Virus record (IMG/VR): IMGVR_UViG_3300006133_000325 | Reading direction: 5' to 3' (one strand) | Origin: a virus | Lineage: Duplodnaviria; Caudoviricetes | Length of the DNA stretch: 64,000 bases | In this document: positions 29,409 to 39,294 of the stretch, piece by piece | How positions within the stretch are numbered: position 1 is the stretch's first letter | How the letters are laid out: each line of letters starts with the position of its first letter | Translations under genes and position numbers: made by a program | The notes under the pieces: model-generated | What the model saw: only the letters and a program-made list of their open reading frames with translations | What the model was told of the DNA's origin: nothing | The model's database searches: none

Positions 29409-29624
29409 CTATCTATTTCCATCTATTAAATCTTCAATAAAGTATCTTATATCCTGATATGAGGCAGCCTGAAGCATACATTGTATATTTTTATTACTTC
29501 CTAACTCATGCTCTCCATTTTCAATAGGTTTATAAAAGTAATTCTCTTTCGCGGTTACATATTCTAAAACCTTATTCAGTTTTTCTTTATCCGACATATC
29601 TCCTCCTAATTTTTTACTATCCAA
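29409..29624 (-). CDS. Hypothetical protein
   Basis: ORF; likely start MSDKEK after GGAGG. Confidence 0.55.
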   Translation of the reverse strand: MDSKKLGGDMSDKEKLNKVLEYVTAKENYFYKPIENGEHELGSNKNIQCMLQAASYQDIRYFIEDLIDGNR

Positions 29625-29692
29625 CTGTTGAATATTTTACATCATATAACAAAACCTACATTGGAATATTTAACATAATTTCTGGTTTTAAC

Positions 29693-29917
29693 CTACACTG
29701 ATAAATCATGATTTCCCTTAACTTTCTTTTTACCACACTTTTTCATATGTTTTCTATTTGGTTTACATTGATTACAGTTGTTCCTATTTTTACAAAACCA
29801 GCATCCGTCTTGTCCCCACCAATACCAATCTGGCATAGCAGGTCTTGGTTTTCTTTTTGCTTTTCCCATATAGTAGCCCCCTATTAAAAACTTTTCTTTC
29901 TTATAGCATTCTGGCAT
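29693..29917 (-). CDS. Small basic Cys-rich hypothetical protein
   Basis: CWFC...CNQC; likely start MGKAK. Confidence 0.55.
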   Translation of the reverse strand: MPECYKKEKFLIGGYYMGKAKRKPRPAMPDWYWWGQDGCWFCKNRNNCNQCKPNRKHMKKCGKKKVKGNHDLSV

Positions 29918-29919
29918 CC

Positions 29920-30333
29920 TTATGACAATTCATATATTATTCTTCTGCCACTGTAACTCTCCTCATCCCATCCTTTCTTCCATTCCTCATACACTTCCTT
30001 ATTCACTGGTACTCTAATTCCTATTCGTAGTTGTGCATAATAGGAATTGTCATCCAAAAAGCCATCTTTATTGCCTACATACCAACCATCCAATAGCAAC
30101 TCTTGAAAATGAGGTACATAGCATTTGCAGCATAACTCTTTTTGATTTCTTACCTTACATCCTTTTGTAGTATCTCTATCAGAACATTCAAGTATAAAAA
30201 TTTCAGATAAGTCATATGGAGTTATTCGAGCAATTTTCAAAATATCATATGCGAAGAATGTTCTCTCATGATGGCTCTGCTTTAGATGAAATTCTTGGTG
30301 TATATTCAATTCTTTGTCATCTCCTAATAACAT
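29920..30333 (-). CDS. Hypothetical protein
   Basis: ORF in the operon. Confidence 0.55.
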   Translation of the reverse strand: MLLGDDKELNIHQEFHLKQSHHERTFFAYDILKIARITPYDLSEIFILECSDRDTTKGCKVRNQKELCCKCYVPHFQELLLDGWYVGNKDGFLDDNSYYAQLRIGIRVPVNKEVYEEWKKGWDEESYSGRRIIYELS

Positions 30334-30359
30334 CCAAGAAAGTTTATTTTACAATAAAT

Positions 30360-30650
30360 CTACAAATCAAAAAGTTGAATATTCGGTACTTCAATAGAAT
30401 TATTTTCTTTTTCCTCCTCTACAATTTCTATCCCGTATTTTTCTACCACTCCCTCTGGATATTCTCTCATCCAAAGTTTAGCGCTTAATGTATTACCACA
30501 ATTTTTACAAGCGCAACTTTCACAATCTTCCCATTTACTAAAAATTCCATTTTGACTTCTATACTGTTCCACCAAATCTAAGTTCCATTCAATTTCTGAC
30601 ACGTTCCCACAATTTCCACATATCCATTTTGACTTGTCTGTTAAAATCAC
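30360..30650 (-). CDS. Zinc-ribbon hypothetical protein
   Basis: CGNCG...CKNCG. Confidence 0.6.
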   Translation of the reverse strand: MILTDKSKWICGNCGNVSEIEWNLDLVEQYRSQNGIFSKWEDCESCACKNCGNTLSAKLWMREYPEGVVEKYGIEIVEEEKENNSIEVPNIQLFDL

Positions 30651-31783
30651 TTTTTATCACCATCCGATCTATTTATTTTACTATAGTTCATAAATTTCAT
30701 ATCAAAATATCTATATGCCAGTTCTGGGATCTCTTTTTCAATCTGTTTCAGGTATCTCATTTCCGAACACTCTTTTTGATGTCTTGATTGCTGATACTCC
30801 ACAAATTCTCTATAAGATTTTTTCTTAAAAGCACTGGGCTGATTACACCACGCAGCAAGATTTATATATGTACCCCTATAAGGAGATTCCTCATATCGGT
30901 TAAATCTCATAATATATGGTAAACACTGATATTTCATAAGCAGTTCGATTCGTTTCCATAAATCCCATATATCTTGCCTCCAAAATTTATCATCCCATTT
31001 ATCTTCTCTATCAAAACCGCAAAAAGTATAAAATTTTAAGACTTTATCTGTATACCTTCTCAATAGCTGCAGCTTATTTTCGATCAGTTCGTAATCAGCT
31101 ACATTGTCAAATGCAAATATATAATCACCATCATATTTACTGTTAAAAATCACGTTACATTTTTCGTCTGTAAGAAGCCGTTCATCCATGCCTTGCTTAT
31201 ATTGAAATGGTTTTCTTGTATTTTGCAATTCTCTAAATATTTCTTTCCAATAAGGACTTCCGAGAATATTATCATCCAATAAACATATCTTCTTTCTTGA
31301 AGGATCGAGAAACTTACTTAATGGACTATGATAATCAACTTTTTTATAATTACGATTCACGCAAAATTCACATTGTCTAAAGCAACCTCTCGTCGTGTAG
31401 CCAATCGAATAATCAAGATAATACTTAAAATCATTTCTCTTTTTGCCACTCTCAATTTGTCGATTTACCCATGTATCATATAAATGGTAATCTGGCATAT
31501 AGTGTTCTACTTCGTCAGGAAGCTTTGGAGCTTTGTCATAGAAGAATCCTGTTCCGCCATATTTTACATTAGGAAGTTTCAAAACTTCTTCATCTATTGG
31601 TGTATCAGTAAATACTTTAGAAATGAATACTTTGTCATATGTTTCCAAATCTTCATAATCCATTTTTAATTCAACATCAGTACCAAGTCCTTTGTAGTAA
31701 CCGGATAGTTTCATACAAACCAGATTGGGGAACCTGTGCTTGTCTCTGCCTATTAGATCTGCATCTATAATTGCTATTCTCAA
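30647..31783 (-). CDS. Radical SAM protein (phage family with FPNL..MKLS N-terminus)
   Basis: TTRGCFRQCEFC (CX3CX2C), LLDDN, QGMDER. Confidence 0.8.
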   Translation of the reverse strand: MRIAIIDADLIGRDKHRFPNLVCMKLSGYYKGLGTDVELKMDYEDLETYDKVFISKVFTDTPIDEEVLKLPNVKYGGTGFFYDKAPKLPDEVEHYMPDYHLYDTWVNRQIESGKKRNDFKYYLDYSIGYTTRGCFRQCEFCVNRNYKKVDYHSPLSKFLDPSRKKICLLDDNILGSPYWKEIFRELQNTRKPFQYKQGMDERLLTDEKCNVIFNSKYDGDYIFAFDNVADYELIENKLQLLRRYTDKVLKFYTFCGFDREDKWDDKFWRQDIWDLWKRIELLMKYQCLPYIMRFNRYEESPYRGTYINLAAWCNQPSAFKKKSYREFVEYQQSRHQKECSEMRYLKQIEKEIPELAYRYFDMKFMNYSKINRSDGDKK

Positions 31784-31894
31784 TAATCAGCACCAAAGTG
31801 GTTGCAACCTTTAAAGCTAGCTACTAATTATCCTTTCTTAATCATCTTATTGTTTTAAAAGTTCTTGACATATCATCGGAATGCTATGATATTA

Positions 31895-32446
31895 TTAAAT
31901 AACTGTATACCAATAATCAAATATTTTTCTATAGCTATTTCCGCTCTTAATATCCCCCTTATATTGCCTTACTCGACCATTAGCATACTTTTTATAATAC
32001 TTATATCTATTTGGTTTACGCCTTCCTCTATGTATTCTTTTATAATAAACAGTTCCTACAGGATCATCGAAATTATACTTACCATTTTCACCAACAGGTA
32101 TAGCAAGTGGTGGATAACCACTATATGTTTGCGCCAAAAATTTAACATGTGCTTTATATTTGAAATCTCTTTCTCTTTTACTTCTTCTCTTTTGTTTAGA
32201 ATAATTTTGTGAAATTTCAGATTGTATATATGCATCTTCACATCTGCCAACTCTGAAGGTCTTACCGCCTACTTTATCACACCATAAGAATTTTTCAAAT
32301 TCATCTGCAGCATCTTCTGGCTTTAAATCATGATATATGTCATTTGGCATTCCCTTTTCTGTAGCAGTTATTTCATACCAGCTCATCATCTTCTCAAAAT
32401 CTTCTTTTCCGTAAGGACATTCCCTACAATACATGATATCCACCAC
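31895..32446 (-). CDS. Hypothetical protein with basic C-terminus
   Basis: ORF track. Confidence 0.6.
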   Translation of the reverse strand: MVDIMYCRECPYGKEDFEKMMSWYEITATEKGMPNDIYHDLKPEDAADEFEKFLWCDKVGGKTFRVGRCEDAYIQSEISQNYSKQKRRSKRERDFKYKAHVKFLAQTYSGYPPLAIPVGENGKYNFDDPVGTVYYKRIHRGRRKPNRYKYYKKYANGRVRQYKGDIKSGNSYRKIFDYWYTVI

Positions 32447-32456
32447 CTATCCATTT

Positions 32457-33215
32457 TTATAAAATAATACTATTCCATTTCTTATTCTTCTCGTATTTCC
32501 ATTGAATGCTTCCATAATAAAATCTTGTTTCTATATCTTCTACACGTTCCATAGACAATATCCATTCACGATATTTTACCGCCTCTTCTTTTGTGGCATC
32601 ATAGTATGCCTTCCACATACTGATCGTTTTCTCTATTTGCTCTACAGACCACTCATAATCAGATAAGGAAGCTTGTCTCTTAAATTCTGCTATATACTTA
32701 TCCCTCTCCTCTTTCGCCTCTTTATATGTAAAATAGACTTTATCTGGTCTAATGCTTACCCTATCTACATGATGCTGCCATATCGGATATTTTTTTACGA
32801 TACAAAATCCATCTTTTGTAATATCTTCTTCTATATTCCCATGAAAAATTTGATTCGATTTTACTAATAATCCTGACTCATATGCCTTTTTAATAGAATC
32901 TGGATTATCTATGGAAACATGTAAACTATCGAACAACTTTACATCTTCAGAATTTGGCTTCTGTTCTAAATGGAATAATTTAGTGTTATATGTCCATCCT
33001 TTTGGAAGTTTTCTTCGCTTTTCTTCGTTTTTGAATACATCTATTGGTATTCCATCAACATATCTTGTTTCTTTTGGTTCCAATAGATCAATACAAACCG
33101 CATCGGAAAATTGCTCGTCTACTCGTCCGTATTTTACAAAATATTCACAACCGATTTTCTGACACCAGTAAACGATATCACCATGATTAAATCGCTTTTC
33201 AAAACCTTTTTGAAT
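32457..33215 (-). CDS. Hypothetical protein; apparent ATT start
   Basis: Listed ORF 32457..33083 is open upstream to ATT ATT (33218/33215) right after GGAGGTG. Confidence 0.6.
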   Translation of the reverse strand: MQKGFEKRFNHGDIVYWCQKIGCEYFVKYGRVDEQFSDAVCIDLLEPKETRYVDGIPIDVFKNEEKRRKLPKGWTYNTKLFHLEQKPNSEDVKLFDSLHVSIDNPDSIKKAYESGLLVKSNQIFHGNIEEDITKDGFCIVKKYPIWQHHVDRVSIRPDKVYFTYKEAKEERDKYIAEFKRQASLSDYEWSVEQIEKTISMWKAYYDATKEEAVKYREWILSMERVEDIETRFYYGSIQWKYEKNKKWNSIIL

Positions 33216-33251
33216 AATTTCACCTCCTCTAATGAAAACGATATTTCATAA

Positions 33252-34133
33252 CTAATAGTTTGTAATCAATACTTCTATATCCTGGCTCTTATCCTTCTTT
33301 TGGTAATTGCAATTGTTATAATTACCATTTAAATAATGTACGTGATATCTATCCTTCCATTCTTTCAGCATTGGATTGTCATATTTTAAATTGTTACTTA
33401 GTGCAAACCTCCCGCCCCTAAGATTGATGCCATCCAGTAAATTTAATAAATCTCTCTCATCATTCTTCGTCCAGCCACCGTTTTCATTATAAGAAGCAAC
33501 AGAATTATAATACGGCGGATCACAATACACAAAGTCCCTGTTTTGAAAGACGCAATCTCTAAAATCTTTATTATGAAACTCAATATCCTTCTTATGTAAT
33601 TCTTCTACAAACTCTTTCAGTTTCTTCTGTAATGCTATATTGTAATCTCGTTTTCCGTATGGTATATTGAATTCTCCTTTTGAATTAAAGCGTATCTGAT
33701 TATTAAAAGCACATGCAATCAACGTATAAAACTTTATCCAATTTGGATACTTATTATAGTCTTCCCGTAATTTTAAGTATTTAGTTTTATTATAATTCCC
33801 TAGACCATTACTTGAATTACAACCATAACTTTTATATCCATTTATATCAGATCTGCTTAGCCCATAGCTCGTAATTGTTTCAAGGATTTTCTCATGAATA
33901 TCTTTGTAATCAATTTCATAAAAATGTTTTAATAAATCTACTACTTGGGTACATATATCATTATATATAATATGTTCTGCTTTTACATTTACGCCTACAT
34001 TAAATCCACCGCCAAACAAATCAATAAATGTATTCATATCATCTGGGAAGAGATGTAAAATCTCCCCCAGCAATTTATATTTCCCACCGACATAATTCAA
34101 GCAAGATTTTATGTATTTTTCACTCATTATCAA
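33252..34133 (-). CDS. DNA adenine methyltransferase (Dam/D12 class)
   Basis: LNYVGGKYKL, FIDLFGGG, FNNQIRFNSKGEFN, VYCDPPY, EVLITNY. Confidence 0.93.
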   Translation of the reverse strand: MIMSEKYIKSCLNYVGGKYKLLGEILHLFPDDMNTFIDLFGGGFNVGVNVKAEHIIYNDICTQVVDLLKHFYEIDYKDIHEKILETITSYGLSRSDINGYKSYGCNSSNGLGNYNKTKYLKLREDYNKYPNWIKFYTLIACAFNNQIRFNSKGEFNIPYGKRDYNIALQKKLKEFVEELHKKDIEFHNKDFRDCVFQNRDFVYCDPPYYNSVASYNENGGWTKNDERDLLNLLDGINLRGGRFALSNNLKYDNPMLKEWKDRYHVHYLNGNYNNCNYQKKDKSQDIEVLITNY

Positions 34134-34214
34134 CTAGGAGTAAACGCGCATTTAAATGGTATACCAAACCTCATTTTCCTCCTTGTTTATTTTATAAATC
34201 GTTTTATTATTCCA

Positions 34215-35084
34215 TCAATAATTAGTTAGGCAATCTCTCAACATTTCATCTTTTGCTCTTTGATAAAACGTGAGGTCAATCTCAAATCCGTATGCACTTC
34301 TTCCCAATTCAACCGCTGCCCTCAAAGTCGTTCCAGACCCACAGCAGGGATCTATGACAACATCTCCCTCATCTGTAAATATCTCAATCAACTTTTTAAG
34401 GACTGATACGGGTTTTTGTGCAGGATGAATTTTAGGTATTTCTTTTCCATCTCGCTCCCAATTAAACCAATTAAAAACCATATGACCTGTACCTGGAATA
34501 TTTTTACCATTTTCATCAATTTGCAATCCATTTCTAAACTTAGGCAATCTGTCTCGATATAAAAGCAGTGCATATTCCGTTGCTCCTACAACACGCATAT
34601 TTGCCTTTAGGACTTGAGGGCTGTAATTTTTGATGAATACTAAAGGTATGTAGTGGATAAAGCCATGTTTTGTCGCCGCGCTAATGAGCGTCTGTATCTG
34701 CTCAAAGCTGCAAAACACAATCATACAGGGAGAATTGCTACTCCTGCCTCGTGGAACTGGTTTTGTATCGTCTTTCTTTAACATTTTGTGACAGAAATTA
34801 AACATTTCATAAAGATTAAAATTGAAATCCGAATTAAAAGCCGCTTTTTTTGCATATTTACTTTCACCATTTTTGTTATTTCCCTTTTCGTACCACATAG
34901 GATTACTACCATAAAAATTTGTTCCAATGTTATAAGGACAATCGCAAATTACCAACTGCGCTCTCGGTATGTTATAGCCTTTAAAATTCTGAAAACTATC
35001 TCTGTAAATCTCGAATTTAATTTTCTTTTTATATTCCATTTTTATTAGGAGTAAATCATGATTTATCCCGCGCGGAAACCTCAT
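34215..35084 (-). CDS. DNA methyltransferase (N6/N4 beta class)
   Basis: DCPY (variant motif IV), HPAQKP, VIDPCCGSGTT. Confidence 0.9.
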   Translation of the reverse strand: MRFPRGINHDLLLIKMEYKKKIKFEIYRDSFQNFKGYNIPRAQLVICDCPYNIGTNFYGSNPMWYEKGNNKNGESKYAKKAAFNSDFNFNLYEMFNFCHKMLKKDDTKPVPRGRSSNSPCMIVFCSFEQIQTLISAATKHGFIHYIPLVFIKNYSPQVLKANMRVVGATEYALLLYRDRLPKFRNGLQIDENGKNIPGTGHMVFNWFNWERDGKEIPKIHPAQKPVSVLKKLIEIFTDEGDVVIDPCCGSGTTLRAAVELGRSAYGFEIDLTFYQRAKDEMLRDCLTNY

Positions 35085-35131
35085 TTCCTCCTTGATTTTC
35101 TATTATTTCTATCTCATTTATTCCCTTGTAA

Positions 35132-35390
35132 TTACTCAATTTTTACATTGATAAACCCAAGAACTTCCTTCATTCCAAGACCACCATCTTCCCATGGTTT
35201 CATACAATATTCCCATAATTTCGGATGTGTTTGCTTTAGCCGTTGAAATCTGTTTGGTTCTTTCTCTAAATGACACCCATATCCGCAAAAGGAGTATCCT
35301 GTCCTACTACAAGCAGTTGTATAATACTTTCCAGACTTCAAGCCTGCATTGTTTTTAGATCTTCATTTGTATATGCTCTTTGCTCTGAAT
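35132..35390 (-). pseudogene. PAPS-reductase-like gene remnant (N- and C-termini joined by deletion)
   Basis: EDLKTMQA*SLE followed by YYTTACSRTGYSFCGYGCHLEKEPNRFQRLKQTHPKLWEYCM. Confidence 0.7.
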
Positions 35391-35585
35391 TATAATCAGA
35401 AGGAGATAAAATGTCAGAATCATTATACCCCCTCTGGTTATTTTGCGTTTATTATCCATTACCTTATTGACATACGGCGTGTAAACACTTAATAACCGAT
35501 TACTTTATGTACTTCTCCTTTTTCTTTTTTTGTATTTTCAGATTGTACTTTTCTGATTTATGGTACGTCTGCCGTCTTGCTCAAA

Positions 35586-36354
35586 CTACTTCTTTATTTC
35601 TTTTTCTTTACTACAATACTCATCACTTTTTAAGTGCTGTATAACTCGATTTTTACCAGCTTCAAAATATTTTTCATCTTTTTCAATACAAATCACCTTT
35701 CTGTTTAAGTTACTTCCTGCAATTGCACATGTCATACTTCCTGCAACAGAATCTAATACAACATCTCCTTCATCTGTATATGTTTTTATAAAATACTCAT
35801 AAATTTCTACTGGCTTTTGAGTTGGATGAATCTTTTTTGATTGATCTGCATTACTAAAAATCTGCACATCCAATGGGTATCTATCTGTACTGTCATATAA
35901 GGTATTTCGTATTTCTCTGCCATAACAGCTATTCCCATCTGCCTCTTTGACATATTTTGTTTTTGCAAATTTTCTTTTATGTCCATGTGTCATCTGTGGA
36001 TGATAAATTGGTGGTCTTTTATAAAACACTTCTATATTTTCATGCGCCCGCATTGGCATTTTTTTAGCGTTTAGATGTCCTTTGGGGTGTGTTTTCTGCC
36101 ATATCCATTCATACTTAAACATCTTAGGATTACTCATTACCAAAGCAGACGTAAATGGTTGACTACTAAATAGTAAAATCGCCCCATTGTCCTTAATAAT
36201 TCTATTGTATTGTTTCCACAAAGGTTCAAACGGAATAATAATATCCCATCTACATTGAGTGGTACTAACCATACGGAAGATCGGAAATAATGCAATCTAT
36301 GGATTTATCTGGAATATAACTCATAACATTCAGACAATCTCCGCGAATCAGCAT
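35586..36354 (-). pseudogene. DNA methyltransferase (beta class), frameshifted
   Basis: GDCL...SDLPYG, then a 4-nt excess (TAGT, 36264-36267) before TTQCRWD; HPTQKP, LDSVAGS. Confidence 0.85.
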
Positions 36355-36469
36355 ATTATCACGAAAATCCGTATTGCTCGGCACCTCCTCTTCATTAAAT
36401 ATTTTATATATATCTGTCAAAGCAAAATCCTTTCTTTATTTACAGGTTAAGTTTTTCTTATGTTGTAAT

Positions 36470-36593
36470 ATTCTATCATATCCCTTTTTAAATATTTTTT
36501 CTCTTTCTTAATACAAATACCTTTTTTCCTGATTTCTTAATGGCTATTGATGAGATCTAAACAATCACCACAAAATAATTCAATACCTTTCAT
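36470..36593 (-). pseudogene. Collapsed methyltransferase remnant
   Basis: MKGIELFCGDCLDLI joined to a C-terminal-like IAIKKSGKR...DRILQH. Confidence 0.5.
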
Positions 36594-36606
36594 TTAATAT
36601 CTTCTC

Positions 36607-37335
36607 CTATACAAGCCCTAATCTTCTTTCTGCTACATCAAAATATTTTTTATCAATTTCATATCCTAAGAAGTTTCTTCCTAGCTCTGAAGCTGCTACC
36701 AATGCAGAACCCGTACCGCAGAATGGATCGAAAACTACTTCTCCTTCTTTGCTGGAATTTAATATATAGAATTTTAATAGATCTACTGGTTTTTCACATG
36801 GATGTGTCTTGTTTCCTATAATATTAGAAAATTGATGAACAGTTTTACTTTTTCCTATGTTATTGATATATTTTGCTTTTCCTTTTCTTAAAAACAAAAT
36901 ATATTCACAATTCTTCATATAATATTGGGAACAGACACAATTATTCTTCTCCCATACCAATAGATTATGTAGTTTAAAACCTACTTTTTGCGATTCGTTT
37001 AACATATCTGTCAAATTCAAGACATTCGTAAAAATATAGGCATGGCTCCCATTCTTTAGAACTCTATATACATCCGACATCCAATCTGATATTTTTACAT
37101 TTTGGTAGGAAAATAACCTTCTGTTGCCACTCAACATCCCCTTCGGACGTTCCGAATTCCTACCATTATGATTTCCTCCTGTAATAATTCTATATGGAGG
37201 ATCTGTAATCAGTAGGTCTACACTTTCTGATTCCATGTTTCTCATTGCTACAATAGAATCATCATTTATGATTTTATTACATTCCATTCTTTCTTTAGGG
37301 GTAAAATATACTTTATTGGAATTCCAAATCCCCAC
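36607..37335 (-). CDS. DNA methyltransferase (N6/N4 beta class)
   Basis: LITDPPY, HPCEKP, VFDPFCGTGS. Confidence 0.93.
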   Translation of the reverse strand: MGIWNSNKVYFTPKERMECNKIINDDSIVAMRNMESESVDLLITDPPYRIITGGNHNGRNSERPKGMLSGNRRLFSYQNVKISDWMSDVYRVLKNGSHAYIFTNVLNLTDMLNESQKVGFKLHNLLVWEKNNCVCSQYYMKNCEYILFLRKGKAKYINNIGKSKTVHQFSNIIGNKTHPCEKPVDLLKFYILNSSKEGEVVFDPFCGTGSALVAASELGRNFLGYEIDKKYFDVAERRLGLV

Positions 37336-37344
37336 TCCCTCTAT

Positions 37345-37770
37345 TTATTTATCGCTACTACTAAACTCATCTAAATCGGTATTGATTTTTGTTTGATCAA
37401 TATCCCTTAAAAGTATTTCATAATCAGTATCACATAATCCCAAATAATCTTGTAAACACCAAGGAGTATTTTTTGGAGTTAGCTCTATCCATTTGTTAAT
37501 CTTTTCAATCCATTCTTCCTCTTTGTAATCTTCTAATACATGCGTCTCATATTTCGCTTGTAGCCAAGCCAATTCTGCAGCAATCGCCTTCTCATATGTT
37601 ATATAGTGTCTTGGTAAGTCAGGAGAGGTATAATAATACCCTAATCCAGAAGAGCGATATACCCGTTCTTTTGCAATCCTACTAATATTTCTTTGATTTA
37701 ACTTTTCTATATTTGTAATAATATCCCAGCTTTCTATATTTGGAATCACCTTGCATAGTAGGAAAACCAT
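37345..37770 (-). CDS. Hypothetical protein
   Basis: ORF track; start uncertain. Confidence 0.5.
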   Translation of the reverse strand: MVFLLCKVIPNIESWDIITNIEKLNQRNISRIAKERVYRSSGLGYYYTSPDLPRHYITYEKAIAAELAWLQAKYETHVLEDYKEEEWIEKINKWIELTPKNTPWCLQDYLGLCDTDYEILLRDIDQTKINTDLDEFSSSDK

Positions 37771-37785
37771 GCAAGGCTATGTTTA

Positions 37786-37893
37786 TTATTCCTTGTTTTT
37801 ACGATGCCTCCCAGCTATATAACCTCCAATAAAGGATGCAATCAAACAAACACTAAGATACAATAAAAAACTCCCAATTTGTAACATAATCAT
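37786..37893 (-). CDS. Small single-pass membrane protein (35 aa)
   Basis: MIMLQIGSFLLYLSVCLIASFIGGYIAGRHRKNKE; ATGA overlap with the PspA-like gene. Confidence 0.6.
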   Translation of the reverse strand: MIMLQIGSFLLYLSVCLIASFIGGYIAGRHRKNKE

Positions 37894-38636
37894 ATCTTTC
37901 CACTCTTTCTCTTTGCCTTCATCTTTGATAGTTTCCGCTCAATCTCTTCTTCCTTCATACGTTTGTCTAATCTTTGTTGCTGAACATCCGAAGAATTCTC
38001 ATAAGCCACTTTATGACCATCTGCCTCCTCTTTTGTCTTGCGAACACCATCACGAACTTTTTCTAGCATTTTATCTTCTTCCTTGTTAGAAATCCCAGGT
38101 GTGGCTTGTAATGATTTCGTAACCTGTGCTGTTTCTAATGTAAGTACCGCACTTTCTTTCTCAGATTTTAAATCAGCCAATTCATTAAAAAGCTGATCTA
38201 CTGTTTCTTTTTGTAAAGAGGAATTTTCTCTTAATTCTTTTAATGCACTTTTGATAATATCGATTTTTTCCTCTATTTCCTGTTGGCGTTTTAAATATAC
38301 CTTGGCTCCCTCATCATCTTCTTTTTCCATACAAGAATCAAGATTGATGCCTAATTGCATATTGCCTTTCTGTAAACTTCTTAACTGTTCTTCGTAGTTT
38401 TGAATCTTGCCAAGCATTTGTGTATAAACCGAATATGCCTGCCTATAATCTTCTTCCTTTTTAGTAATTGCAGTATTGTAATAAGCCTTTGCCCCTTCTG
38501 GAGTAGATGCATCTTTTGTTATTATCTCATCAGCAGTTCCAACCATCCTAAGGCGTAATCTTTTCCCGATTCTTGTGACGAATAAAAAGACAATTACCAT
38601 AATCAATAATAGTATCATTGCTACAATTTTAGCCAT
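37890..38636 (-). CDS. PspA/IM30-like coiled-coil protein with N-terminal TM helix
   Basis: TM segment followed by long heptad repeats, DDEGAKVYL and C-terminal IERKLSKMKAK typical of the PspA family. Confidence 0.7.
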   Translation of the reverse strand: MAKIVAMILLLIMVIVFLFVTRIGKRLRLRMVGTADEIITKDASTPEGAKAYYNTAITKKEEDYRQAYSVYTQMLGKIQNYEEQLRSLQKGNMQLGINLDSCMEKEDDEGAKVYLKRQQEIEEKIDIIKSALKELRENSSLQKETVDQLFNELADLKSEKESAVLTLETAQVTKSLQATPGISNKEEDKMLEKVRDGVRKTKEEADGHKVAYENSSDVQQQRLDKRMKEEEIERKLSKMKAKRKSGKI

Positions 38637-38638
38637 AC

Positions 38639-39277
38639 TTAATCTCTCCCCTCATCAATCGACAAACCAAAATTCTGAAATAATTCTGTCATTCCATTTC
38701 TGTACCCAGAGCCAAGTGCCTGGAATTTAAACCCATTGTTATAGCGATATAATCTACCCATTTCTACAGCATTTAGATTTTCAAAATTTTCATTTTCTGA
38801 TAAATCATATTTATAACACTCTCCGGATGGATTATCATAATCACAGATTGTCATAGTTGCATTGCTTACCATGCCAAAATTTTGCAAACGCTGTACTGCC
38901 CTAAAAATAGTTAAACATACTGTAAAATCAGTTCTGTTTGTCGGAAACTTATCGGCATGAATGATAAAATACTCATCAAAGTGTTCCCTGTTAAAAGTAA
39001 TCCCTTGTGAATCATCTCCTGTTCGATTATCTCCCGAATACTCGATCCACGGATATGAGCTGCCATCACCATATGTATTGTAATTTACAATATCATTTGG
39101 ATATGCTACTTTTCTATCAGAGTTTGTCAAGAAGCCATGAATATCAAAATCTATATCTGCTTCTCCTGCATATCTGTTGGCATCCCAATTCACCCCAATA
39201 AATACATTTGCAATAGCGCTTCCATCTTCTTTTGTCATATTGATTTTTTGGTTCTTACTCATGTTAATTACTTCCAT
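38639..39277 (-). CDS. terD: TerD-family stress protein
   Basis: INMSKNQKINMTK, GVNWD, DFDIHGF, YSGDNRTGD, NFGMV, GRLYRYNNGFKFQALGSG. Confidence 0.88.
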   Translation of the reverse strand: MEVINMSKNQKINMTKEDGSAIANVFIGVNWDANRYAGEADIDFDIHGFLTNSDRKVAYPNDIVNYNTYGDGSSYPWIEYSGDNRTGDDSQGITFNREHFDEYFIIHADKFPTNRTDFTVCLTIFRAVQRLQNFGMVSNATMTICDYDNPSGECYKYDLSENENFENLNAVEMGRLYRYNNGFKFQALGSGYRNGMTELFQNFGLSIDEGRD

Positions 39278-39294
39278 AATTCCATTCCTCCATT

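Noticed and set aside
35400-35525. Possible third small + strand toxin-like unit (AGAAGGAGA...TCTCCTTT, ORF MSESLYPLWLFCVYYPLPY)
   Set aside because: No clear promoter, and the ORF is too short to support; evidence is too thin.
36264-36267. Micro-intron or intron scar after DLPYG in the methylase
   Set aside because: Only 4 extra nt, and no placement gives both a U-ending exon and a G-ending intron; treated as a simple insertion.
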